From contig CAYVJP010000002.1 in assembly GCA_964451745.1 (NCBI GenBank), positions 1 through 37,533 on the forward strand: a DNA stretch of 37,533 bases, given 5' to 3'. Positions 16,852-24,762 of the stretch are shown in pieces. A program made the position numbers and the translations under genes. The notes under the pieces were generated by a model that was not told where the DNA came from, ran no database searches, and saw only the letters and a list, made by a program, of their open reading frames with translations. The DNA is from an uncultured Anaerolineaceae bacterium. Lineage in GTDB: Bacteria > Chloroflexota > Limnocylindria > Limnocylindrales > CSP1-4. Each line of letters opens with the position of its first letter. Within the stretch, counting starts at the first letter, position 1.

Positions 16852-17256
16852 TCATCCGTCCGCCGGTCGCTCCTGGATGGCCCAGCGGTTCCCGTCCGGG
16901 TCGGAGAAGAAGACGAACGAGTTCCAGCGGCCTCCGGGGCCCTCGACGAACGCCTCGCCGTCGTGGTGCTGGATCGAGCTCACGGGCACGCCACGCGCCC
17001 TCAGCTCGGCGTGCGCGGCCGCGATGTCGTCGACCACGAGCTGCACACCCTGCAGCGAGCCGGGCGTCATCTCGGTGATGCCCTTGCCGATGGTGACCGA
17101 GCACCCCGAACCCGGCGGCGTCAGCTGGACGACGCGGAACCGTTCGTTGGGGGCGTGGTCCACATCGACGGTGAAGCCCATCATCTCCGCGTAGAAGTGC
17201 TTCGCGCGGTCCACGTCCGACACGGGCACGACCACGACCTCGAGCTTGTAGTCCAT
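16852..17256 (-). CDS. VOC (glyoxalase) family protein
   Basis: In-frame ATG at 17256 (MDYKLEVVVVPVSDVDRAKHFY...), GGAGG upstream. C-terminal FFSDPDGNRWAIQE. Confidence 0.8.
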   Translation of the reverse strand: MDYKLEVVVVPVSDVDRAKHFYAEMMGFTVDVDHAPNERFRVVQLTPPGSGCSVTIGKGITEMTPGSLQGVQLVVDDIAAAHAELRARGVPVSSIQHHDGEAFVEGPGGRWNSFVFFSDPDGNRWAIQERPADG

Positions 17257-17413
17257 CGGGGGTCGATTCCTCCAGGAAGCCGGCTCAGGCGTCCATCTTG
17301 CCACCCGGATCCCGGGCCGGGGAGCGCGCGATGAGCGGGTCGGCGGTCGCCCGACTCGTGGGCTGCCCACATGGGGTGTAGGCTGCCCGCCGAACGCACG
17401 GAAGGGACACCTC

Positions 17414-18343
17414 ATGCCGATGCCGCATCGGACCTTCGCCCAGGTCGCGAAGCGACGGCTCGTGGGAAAGGAAGGCCGGGAGCGGATCCGCGAGGTGCGC
17501 GCGCTACTCGCGGAACTCCCCGACTACAAGAACGGGCCGTACGCGGACCTGCGCAAGGCCCTGTTGGCCGAGATCGAGGACACGAGAGTCCGGTCCAGCG
17601 CCGTCCACCGCGACTCGATCGCCGTGCGCCGCGAGGGCGCCGCCCAGATCGCACTCGTCGGCTCGCCGAACGTCGGGAAGTCGTCGTTGCTCCAGGCGCT
17701 GTCCGAGATCCAGATCAAGACGGGCGACTACCCGTTCACCACGCTCCGCCCGGTCCCCGCGCTGACCCGGATCGGCGGCGTGCTGGTGCAGCTCATCGAG
17801 ATCCCGGGGCTCATCGGTGGCGCGAGCGATGACCGTGGCGGCGGTCGAGCCCTCCTCGGCGTCCTTCGCTCGGTCGATGCGATCCTCTACTGCGCGCGCG
17901 CCGGGTCGGACCCTTCCGAGCTCGCCGTCGTGCGCGAGGAGGTGGCGATCGCCGGGATCGAGAAGCCTGCCGCGCTCGCCGTGACCCGGGCGGACGAGGC
18001 CGGTGATGAGGCATCGGCGCGACTCGCGGCGGCCTTCCCGGACCTCCCGATCATCCGCGTGTCGATCCTCGACGATGCCTCCCTCGATGCCGTCCGCGAC
18101 ACGCTCTGGGGACTCACGGGGCTGATCCGCGTCTGGCTGCGCAGCGACGGCGTCGTCGCCTCCGAGCCGATCGCCCTGGAGCCCGGTGCGACCGTCACGG
18201 ACGTCGCCGACTGGGTCCACCACGACCTGGGCGCCTCGTTCAGCGGCGCACGGCTGTGGGGTCCGTCGGCGCGGTTCGATGGGCAGCGCGTGGGGCGCGA
18301 TCAGGAGGTCCGCGACGGCGACACGGTCGAGATCATCCGCTGA
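17414..18343 (+). CDS. OBG-HflX-superfamily GTPase with DRG-like architecture (helical N-terminus, G domain, C-terminal TGS domain)
   Basis: ORF 17414..18343, GGAAGGG upstream. G1 GSPNVGKS, G2 YPFTT, G3 position EIPG, G4 position TRAD. C-terminal LIRVWLR...GATVTDVADWVHHDL...ARLWG...QRVGRDQEVRDGDTVEI is TGS-like. Confidence 0.8.
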   Translation: MPMPHRTFAQVAKRRLVGKEGRERIREVRALLAELPDYKNGPYADLRKALLAEIEDTRVRSSAVHRDSIAVRREGAAQIALVGSPNVGKSSLLQALSEIQIKTGDYPFTTLRPVPALTRIGGVLVQLIEIPGLIGGASDDRGGGRALLGVLRSVDAILYCARAGSDPSELAVVREEVAIAGIEKPAALAVTRADEAGDEASARLAAAFPDLPIIRVSILDDASLDAVRDTLWGLTGLIRVWLRSDGVVASEPIALEPGATVTDVADWVHHDLGASFSGARLWGPSARFDGQRVGRDQEVRDGDTVEIIR

Positions 18344-18370
18344 CGGCCGATGCCCGGCGGGTAGTGCGCC

Positions 18371-19567
18371 TCAGGTCTGGTGCACCCCGCGATGGAGTCG
18401 GGCGCCGGAGAGCGGCAGGCAACAGGCGACGAACACGACGGACATGGCGGCCAGCAACCAGAGGCTCGCACCGAACCCGCCGCTGGCATCGCGGACCGCG
18501 CCGAGGACGAACGGGCCCAAGGACGAGAGGATGTACCCGCCGAAGAGCATCATCGCTGCAACGGCGCCCACCTGTGACGGTTCGTCCGCCACGTCGAGCG
18601 GCAGGGTCAGCACGAGCGGGAAGATCGCCCCGAGGGCGAGTCCCAGCAGCACCACCCAGGCCACGGTCAGCGTCGGGGCCAGGTTGATCCCGAGGAAGGC
18701 GACGGTCCCGGCCACCGCTGCCAGGAGCAGCTGGGAGCGCCGGCTGCCGAGCCGGTCCGCGACGAGCGGGACGCCCAGGGTCGTGATGAGCCCGACGGCG
18801 TTGAAGATCCCGATGAGGATCCCGGTCTCGGCCGGCGACCACCCGCGCTCCACGAGGGCGTTGGGCAACCACGCCACGACCCCGTAGAACAGCAGCGACT
18901 GGAGGCCGAACACCACCACGAGCAGCCAGGCGGTGCGGCTGCCCCACGGCAGGCGCACGGCGCGCGCCTCGACGGGTCGGTCGTGCCCGTCTCGTCGGAC
19001 CAGCAGGAGCCACGCGACGAGTGGGCCGAACGACGCCAGTGAGACGATCGCCAAGGCGCGCTGCCAGTCACCATCGATCGCCAGGGGTACGGCGATGACC
19101 GCGCTGATGGCCGATCCGGCGACGATCCCGCCGGCGTAGGCGCCGGTCCCCATGGCGCGGTGCGACGGCATGCGTTGCGACACGACCATCGACGGCACCG
19201 CGCCCGCGATCCCGATGCCCACCCCGATCCCGAAGGTCGCGAGGAGCAGGAGCTCCACCGACGGCACCGTCGCCCGGATCAGGCCGAAGCCACCGATCAG
19301 GGCCAGGCACGACGCGAAGGCCAGCCGCGGGCCGAGCCGTGCCGCCACGCGCGGTCCGACGGGCGCGAAGATCCCCATGCACAACACGGGGATCGTCGTG
19401 ATCAGCCCGGCAACGCTCGCGGGGATCCCCAGGTCCTCCCGGATGAAGGGGAGCAACGGGCCGATCGCGAGGAGTTGCGGGCGCAGGGCGATGGAGGCGA
19501 GGAACAGACCGGCGACGACCGTCAGCGGGACGGTCCTCGCCGCCTGGGTGGCTGGGCCGGACACCAA
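18371..19567 (-). CDS. MFS transporter (CynX/NimT-like, 12 TM)
   Basis: ORF 18371..19567 (TTG at 19567 or GTG at 19564). Typical MFS loop GPRVAARLGPR and repeated 6+6 hydrophobic segments. Starts 27 nt after the rhodanese stop. Confidence 0.85.
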   Translation of the reverse strand: MVSGPATQAARTVPLTVVAGLFLASIALRPQLLAIGPLLPFIREDLGIPASVAGLITTIPVLCMGIFAPVGPRVAARLGPRLAFASCLALIGGFGLIRATVPSVELLLLATFGIGVGIGIAGAVPSMVVSQRMPSHRAMGTGAYAGGIVAGSAISAVIAVPLAIDGDWQRALAIVSLASFGPLVAWLLLVRRDGHDRPVEARAVRLPWGSRTAWLLVVVFGLQSLLFYGVVAWLPNALVERGWSPAETGILIGIFNAVGLITTLGVPLVADRLGSRRSQLLLAAVAGTVAFLGINLAPTLTVAWVVLLGLALGAIFPLVLTLPLDVADEPSQVGAVAAMMLFGGYILSSLGPFVLGAVRDASGGFGASLWLLAAMSVVFVACCLPLSGARLHRGVHQT

Positions 19568-19593
19568 GCCACCCTACCCGAACGCGACGGGCG

Positions 19594-20916
19594 TCAGGCG
19601 ACCGCCTCGTCCTCCAGGACCGGATCGAGCGGCTCGCCGATCTCGATCGGGTTGTTGATCGGGTCCTGGCTCCACTCGAACCAGCCACCGTCGTAGACGG
19701 CGATCCGCGGCCAGTCCTGCAGGAAGGCGTAGAACCAGGTCTCGCTGGCCCGCCACCCGGTCCCGCAGTAGAACGCGACCCATTTGTCGGCGGTGATGCC
19801 CGCGTCGGCCCAGTTCGCCGCGATCTCCGGGTACGCCCGCATCGTGTTGTCCACGTTGCGGTAGTGCTGCATGTGGTAGGCATCGGTCCCGCAGTTGCCC
19901 CACACGTCACCCTTGATCCGTCCGGCCGGCCCGATGTAGTTGTAGCCACTCACGTTGCCGATGTGCTCGCGCCACGTCCGCACGCTCACCAGTGCCGCAC
20001 CGTCCGGGTCGGCGATGATCTCCTTGGCCTCCTCGATGTCCACGATCACCTCTGGGCGCAGCGGGATCGGCACCCCGAACGATTCGACCGGTACGGGCTC
20101 GCGCAGCACCGTCTCCACGGGATGGCCCGCGCGGACCCACCAGTCGTAACCCCCATCGAGGAGTCGGACGTCATCGACGCCCGCGTAGCGCAGGATCATC
20201 AGCGCCCGGGTCGCGGCGATCTGGCCGGCGCGCCGACCAGGCCACTTCTCGTTGGCGTCGCCCTCCGTGTCCCGGCCGTACAGGACGACCGTCGTGTCGG
20301 CGGTGATCCCCAGGTTGCGGATCGCCGCATCCAGGACATCGGGGGCGCGTCGATTCCAGTCGGCGGGATCCTCGAGCCAGTTCGTGTCGAGATAGAGCGC
20401 CCCCGGGATGTGGTTCTCCGCGTACTCCTCCGGAACCCCGAAGTTGACGTGGAAGAGGAGGAACCTGCCGGTCGGGGCCGCCTCGGGTCGCTCGCCCGCG
20501 AGCACCTGCTCCAGCCACTCGACGTGCACGAGATGCTCATGCTTCGCGAGCTTGTCCACGGGCAGGCTGGCGTCCGCGGCCCACGCCGGGAACCCGCCGT
20601 CGAGCACGGCGACGTCGGTCAGGCCGCGAGCTCGAAGGACGTCGGCCACGCGCGTGGCGTCGTCGACGCCGTTGCCATAGACGACCGCGCGTCGCCCCTC
20701 GGTCAGTCCCTTCTCGGTGAGGATCCGCTGGACTTCGGGACCGTCCACGCTGTCGAGCCACTCGACCGGGAACGAGACGGCGCCGGGAACGTGCCCGCCG
20801 CGTGGATCGTCGCCCTGACGCCATCCGTTGTAGGCGCGGAGCGGTCGGACATCGACCACCGCCTGGTGCGGGTCGTCGAGTCGGTCGCGAAGGGAATCGG
20901 TGGTGATGGAGGTCAT
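19594..20916 (-). CDS. Multi-domain rhodanese (thiosulfate/3-mercaptopyruvate-type sulfurtransferase)
   Basis: ATG at 20916 preceded by GAAGGA (20929-20924). Three rhodanese-like repeats; only the last has an active-site loop FYCGTGWRAS. Repeated HIPGA/HVPGA motifs. Confidence 0.85.
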   Translation of the reverse strand: MTSITTDSLRDRLDDPHQAVVDVRPLRAYNGWRQGDDPRGGHVPGAVSFPVEWLDSVDGPEVQRILTEKGLTEGRRAVVYGNGVDDATRVADVLRARGLTDVAVLDGGFPAWAADASLPVDKLAKHEHLVHVEWLEQVLAGERPEAAPTGRFLLFHVNFGVPEEYAENHIPGALYLDTNWLEDPADWNRRAPDVLDAAIRNLGITADTTVVLYGRDTEGDANEKWPGRRAGQIAATRALMILRYAGVDDVRLLDGGYDWWVRAGHPVETVLREPVPVESFGVPIPLRPEVIVDIEEAKEIIADPDGAALVSVRTWREHIGNVSGYNYIGPAGRIKGDVWGNCGTDAYHMQHYRNVDNTMRAYPEIAANWADAGITADKWVAFYCGTGWRASETWFYAFLQDWPRIAVYDGGWFEWSQDPINNPIEIGEPLDPVLEDEAVA

Positions 20917-20947
20917 GCGGTGTTCCTTCGGTACGTGGGCGAACGGC

Positions 20948-20975
20948 AAACAAAAAACCCCTGCCAGGCAGGGGT
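20948..20975 (-). terminator. Strong intrinsic terminator on the minus strand, inside the leader of the rhodanese gene
   Basis: Minus strand reads ACCCCTGC-CTG-GCAGGGGT followed by TTTTTTGTTT. Located 32 nt upstream of the rhodanese ATG, with no upstream minus-strand protein gene nearby to terminate. Confidence 0.6.
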
Positions 20976-21017
20976 GTCGGGGTGAGAGCTGGCGTACGGG
21001 TCACACGGGTCGCACGC

Positions 21018-21092
21018 CTAGGTACACCACCTGCCCTGCTCGGCAGCGGAGTGACACATACAGCGACACATGGGGGGCGTGACGGGATCCAT
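21018..21092 (-). CDS. Candidate 24-codon Cys-rich leader peptide (MDPVTPPMCRCMCHSAAEQGRWCT)
   Basis: Minus strand reads ATG GAT CCC GTC ACG CCC CCC ATG TGT CGC TGT ATG TGT CAC TCC GCT GCC GAG CAG GGC AGG TGG TGT ACC TAG. Possible promoter is TTGTGG (21130-21125)-N17-CACAAT (21107-21102). No SD. Sits between that promoter and the terminator. Confidence 0.4.
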   Translation of the reverse strand: MDPVTPPMCRCMCHSAAEQGRWCT

Positions 21093-21246
21093 CGAGGCCG
21101 GATTGTGACACCGTCCCGAGCTCACCACAAGCCCCTGATTCGCAACCTTCGGGAATCCGCGGTCCCACATCGTGCGCTTCAGGCGCCATCCCGCCTTGAC
21201 AGGGTGTCGCACGCTGGCACCGAGCGATCGCGACGGAGGACGGACC

Positions 21247-21576
21247 ATGGCCAGCCCAGAGAGCGTCGACGTGCCCAGCCGCTGGGCACTCGCGACGGCC
21301 CTGTCGCCCGTCGTGCTCTGGGTCGTCCTCCTGCTGATGGCTCCAGGATTCACCGACCCGTTGTATGCGAATCCGCCTGGGATCCTGGGGCTGCCCGCCG
21401 GACTGGTCATGGTGGGGCTGGCCCTCGTACTGGCGGTCAGCGGGGTCGTCGTCGTCTGGCGCTCGGCGTCGTCCGTGGTGCAGGCACGGGCGATCGGCCT
21501 CCTGACCATCCCGGCGCTCCTGCTCATCGGCCTGGGTCCCTGGATCGTGGGCACCCTCGGGGACCTGTCCGTCTAG
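21247..21576 (+). CDS. Small integral membrane protein (3 TM), unknown function
   Basis: In-frame ATG at 21247 with GGAGGA at 21235-21240; TTGACA at 21196-21201. Hydrophobic segments LSPVVLWVVLLLMAP, GLVMVGLALVLAVSGVVVV, LLTIPALLLIGLGPWIV. Confidence 0.6.
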   Translation: MASPESVDVPSRWALATALSPVVLWVVLLLMAPGFTDPLYANPPGILGLPAGLVMVGLALVLAVSGVVVVWRSASSVVQARAIGLLTIPALLLIGLGPWIVGTLGDLSV

Positions 21577-21578
21577 CG

Positions 21579-21914
21579 TCACCGACCGAGTCGGTCGAAC
21601 CGGCCGTCCGCCGCGCGCCGCACCGGCAGGACATCGACGATGGCCGCGGCGGGGATCGCGCCGTGGACGTGCGGATAGATGCCGGCCGCGTCTTCCACCC
21701 GCCAGGGCGCATCGACCACATCGAGGTCGATGGTGAGGACCACGTACGCCCGCGGGTCATCGCGGTAGTAGCGGTTGGCCGTGGCGATGAGCTCCTCCGC
21801 GCCGTCCGTGCAGTGGATGAATCCCTCGGACTCGAGGGTGGCGGCCGCGTACTCCGTGCCCGGCACGTGGCGCGCCCAGACCTCGGCGGGGACCAGGTGG
21901 AACGTGGGCCGCAT
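21579..21914 (-). CDS. DUF952-family protein
   Basis: ORF 21579..21914. FHLVPAEVW...EGFIHCT...YVVLTIDLD...PHVHGAIP matches the DUF952 pattern as I remember it. Confidence 0.7.
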   Translation of the reverse strand: MRPTFHLVPAEVWARHVPGTEYAAATLESEGFIHCTDGAEELIATANRYYRDDPRAYVVLTIDLDVVDAPWRVEDAAGIYPHVHGAIPAAAIVDVLPVRRAADGRFDRLGR

Positions 21915-21940
21915 CGGGCCATGATGCCACCCCGCCTATC

Positions 21941-22375
21941 ATGGGTCGGATGGCCGCCACCCGGTTCCCCTTTCGCCTCGGTCGCCGCTCGATGCCGCTC
22001 CTGCGGCTGTTCGGCGTGAGCGGCATCGAGGACGCCTACGTGGATCTCGATGCGTCGACGTTCACGGCCCGCTTCGGGCGGTTCGCGGTGGCGACGCCCG
22101 TCGCCGACATCGTCTCGTGGCGGATCGAGGGTCCGTGGCGCTGGATCACGGCGATCGGTGTGCGCCGCAGTGTCCGGCATGGCGACCTGACGTTCGGCGG
22201 GTCCCATCGCGGTGGCGTCCGAGTGGATTTCCGCGATCGCCCGGTCGTGGGGCCATTCCGCATCCCGGCGCTCTACGTGACGGTCGAGGACCTCGATGGT
22301 CTGGGCGCCGCGCTGACCGCGCTGGGCATCCCGGGCGAGGATGCTCGCGCCCAGCGCGGCGGACGGATCGCATGA
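21941..22375 (+). CDS. Hypothetical protein
   Basis: ORF 21941..22375. Protein-like composition. Stop overlaps the next start (ATGA). No family recognised. Confidence 0.5.
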   Translation: MGRMAATRFPFRLGRRSMPLLRLFGVSGIEDAYVDLDASTFTARFGRFAVATPVADIVSWRIEGPWRWITAIGVRRSVRHGDLTFGGSHRGGVRVDFRDRPVVGPFRIPALYVTVEDLDGLGAALTALGIPGEDARAQRGGRIA

Positions 22376-23238
22376 GCGACGAGCCGCCGGCCGGTCACGA
22401 CCACATCCGTCCGGCGACCCAGGCGGAACGGGACGACATCCGCAGGATGCATCGGGCCAATCGCGCCGCATGGGACGAGGCCGCCGAACGGTACGAAGGC
22501 TGGTTCGACGAAGCGGTCGAGATCATCCGCTCCGGTGGCACGAACCTCCTGCCGCCGGAGCTCGAGCTCATCGGCGACCTGCGCGGACGCTGTCGACGGG
22601 CCATCCACCTGCAGTGCGCCGGGGGTCGCGACACCCTGTCGCTGTGGAATGCCGGGGCCGACGAAGTCGTCGGCGTCGACTTCAGCCCGCGGATGCTGGA
22701 GCTGGCACGGCGCCTGACCCAGGCGACGGGGGCGCCTGCCCGATGGATCGAGGCGGACGTCCTCGATACGCCGCACGAGCTGGACGGCAGCGCCGACCTC
22801 CTGTACACGGGTCGCGGCTCGCTGCTGTGGCTCCAGGACCTGGATGCGTGGGCTCGCGTCCTCGTTCGCCTCCTCGCGCCTGCGGGTCGGCTCGTGATCT
22901 TCGAGGGCCATCCTGCGGAGTGGCTCTTCGACTCGGACGAATCGGGTCACTGGATCGTCACCGACTATGACTACTTCGCTGGCCCGGAGGCCTCGAAGGG
23001 TTGGTCGCCGGGCTACATCGACCGGCTCTCGATCGCCGACGACGACCAGCACTGGAAGTTCGCCCGATCGTGGACACTCGGGGAGATCGTCACGGCGCTC
23101 CTCGGGGCCGGGCTCCGGCTGGAGCGCGTCGCCGAGCACCCGACGGATTGGTGGGGCGGGCACGACGACGTTCGCCCCGAGGATCGTGGCCGCGTCCCGC
23201 TCTCCTTCTCCGTCCTGGGCGGCCTGCCTCAGCCCTGA
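22372..23238 (+). CDS. Class I SAM-dependent methyltransferase
   Basis: In-frame ATG at 22372 (MSDEPPAG...). Motif I-like AIHLQCAGGRDTLSL, then VVGVDFSPRML and LAPAGRLVIFEGHP. Confidence 0.8.
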   Translation: MSDEPPAGHDHIRPATQAERDDIRRMHRANRAAWDEAAERYEGWFDEAVEIIRSGGTNLLPPELELIGDLRGRCRRAIHLQCAGGRDTLSLWNAGADEVVGVDFSPRMLELARRLTQATGAPARWIEADVLDTPHELDGSADLLYTGRGSLLWLQDLDAWARVLVRLLAPAGRLVIFEGHPAEWLFDSDESGHWIVTDYDYFAGPEASKGWSPGYIDRLSIADDDQHWKFARSWTLGEIVTALLGAGLRLERVAEHPTDWWGGHDDVRPEDRGRVPLSFSVLGGLPQP

Positions 23239-23240
23239 GG

Positions 23241-24647
23241 TCAGGCGGGCGGGATGTTGTGGTTGAACCGGAACACGTTGTCGGGGTCCAGGCGACGTTT
23301 GAGCGCCGTCAGGCGGGCGAGCTTCTCCTCGCCGTACACCGCCAGCGCCGCGTCGCGCGCCGCGTCCTGCGCCGTTCCCTCGTGGCCCAGGAAGTTGACA
23401 TAGGTCCCGCCGCTGCTGAAGGGGGCCATATCCGCCGCGAAACCGCGCACGAACGCGATGCGCGCCTCGTCATCGGCGGCATCGGGCCAGAAGCCGTACA
23501 CGTTGAGCCAGAAGCGCGCCGATCGATTGGGGAATGGCGTCGCGTCTTCCGGCACCCGCCCGTACGCCCCTTCCATGTGATGGACGTCGAACGACGTGCC
23601 CCGCCAGGTCTGTTCCCGGCCGCGACGCACCAGGATGTCGATCACGTCGTCGTCCAGCCGGTCGAATGAGGTGTTCTTCCAGTACGCCCGCACCCCCTTG
23701 GGGAAGAGCAGGTCGGCCTGGGATTGCCAGGCCACCCAATCCGTCGGTTCCACGACCTCCACGTCGGGCGGCGCGGCCGTGCGGAGCGGAGCGATGAGGG
23801 CCTCGCCGGCCGCATGGTCGGGGTCAGTGGAGGCGAACCCGATCAGCAGGACCGGTTCGTCGCCCAGGTCGAACTCGGGCGGCGGGACCAGCGTCGAGGT
23901 GATGGCCGTGATCTCGTCCGGGAGGTCGGCCGTCCACGCCGCGAAGGCCCGCAGGGCATCGCTCCAGCGGTCCTGTCGGTAGATGAAGGTGCCTGCGAAC
24001 ACCTTGGGGCCGAGCGGGAAGGCCCGATAGGTGAACGAGGCGACCACGCCGAAGTTCCCTCCCCCGCCGCGGAGGCCCCACAGGAGCTCCGCGTCGCCGG
24101 TCTCGCTCGCGTGGATCATCGAGCCGTCGGCCGTCACGACGTCGGCGGCGAGGAGGTGATCCGCGGTGAGGCCATGCGCACGGGTCTGCCATCCGACGCC
24201 GCCCCCGAGGGTCAGGCCGGCCATCCCGGTCCCGGACACGACACCGATCGGCACGGCGAGATCGTGCGGCGTGGTCGCCCGATCGACGTCCGCCAACGTC
24301 GCACCCGGCGCGATCGTGACCGTCCGTGCGTCACGATCCACGTGCACGGCCGTCAACCCGCCCAGGTCGAGGACGATGACGTCATCGATGGTCCCGTTCC
24401 CAGCGACGTTGTGACCGCCGCCGCGGACGGCGAGCGGCGATCCGAGCTCCCGCGCCGCCAGGATGGTCGGCCCGATGTCACCGATGGCGCCCGCGCGGAC
24501 GACCGCCGACGGCCGGCGATCGATCATGCCGTTCCAGACGCGACGCGCTTCGTCGTACGCGCCGTCGGTCGGCGTGACCACCGTCCCGGAGATCGCCTGG
24601 CGCAGGCGCTGCAGGACCTGGTCCCGCTCGGCTTCGGTCGACGTCAT
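23241..24647 (-). CDS. FAD-linked oxidase (FAD_binding_4 / PCMH fold) with a berberine-bridge-enzyme-like C-terminus
   Basis: In-frame ATG at 24647 preceded by GGGAGGTG. PLAVRGGGHNVAGN FAD-binding motif. C-terminal LTALKRRLDPDNVFRFNHNIPP is the BBE-type tail. Confidence 0.85.
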   Translation of the reverse strand: MTSTEAERDQVLQRLRQAISGTVVTPTDGAYDEARRVWNGMIDRRPSAVVRAGAIGDIGPTILAARELGSPLAVRGGGHNVAGNGTIDDVIVLDLGGLTAVHVDRDARTVTIAPGATLADVDRATTPHDLAVPIGVVSGTGMAGLTLGGGVGWQTRAHGLTADHLLAADVVTADGSMIHASETGDAELLWGLRGGGGNFGVVASFTYRAFPLGPKVFAGTFIYRQDRWSDALRAFAAWTADLPDEITAITSTLVPPPEFDLGDEPVLLIGFASTDPDHAAGEALIAPLRTAAPPDVEVVEPTDWVAWQSQADLLFPKGVRAYWKNTSFDRLDDDVIDILVRRGREQTWRGTSFDVHHMEGAYGRVPEDATPFPNRSARFWLNVYGFWPDAADDEARIAFVRGFAADMAPFSSGGTYVNFLGHEGTAQDAARDAALAVYGEEKLARLTALKRRLDPDNVFRFNHNIPPA

Positions 24648-24762
24648 CGGCCCACCTCCCTGGTCGTCATCGGTCGCGTCCGCTGCCGTCGGCGCGGGCG
24701 CGTATCGTCGCGCAGGCATCGGGGTCGCGGCAAGTGACCCCGCGGGCCCGCGCCCGGAGCGA

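Noticed and set aside
20957-20975. The 19-nt palindrome ACCCCTGCC-N-GGCAGGGGT read as a CsoR/CstR-type operator, since such repressors control sulfurtransferase operons
   Set aside because: It is followed directly by a T6GT3 tract on the gene's coding strand, which fits an intrinsic terminator better. No CsoR/CstR-like regulator is encoded in the window. It cannot be fully excluded without binding data.
21070-21134. tRNA-like look of the minus-strand GGGGCTTGTGGTGAGCTCGGG...GGATCCCGTCACGCCCCCCA
   Set aside because: Only 65 nt long, the acceptor pairing has a mismatch, there is no GTTCRANYC T-loop or proper D-arm, and the anticodon stem is only 3 bp. Not a tRNA.
20998-21211. Six copies of the heptamer G[CT]GAC[AC]C, in both orientations, across the rhodanese/membrane-protein intergenic region; possible transcription-factor site array
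   Set aside because: Two copies are simply the repeated Met-Cys codons (ATGTGTC) of the uORF and two more form a 9-nt tandem. There is no consistent spacing or palindromic organisation. Kept only as a note within the attenuator region.
21171-21220. Resemblance to the SAM-I/SAM-IV riboswitch core on the minus strand (GTGCCAGCGTGCGACACCC...TCAAGGCGGGATGGCGCCTGAAGCGC)
   Set aside because: Only a loose similarity to the GGGA-UGGCCC-GAUGAA segment. I cannot find the conserved GGCAACC element or the closing P1 partner, and the stretch lies upstream of the best promoter candidate. It needs a covariance-model scan (Rfam SAM, SAM-IV) to settle; I do not call it.
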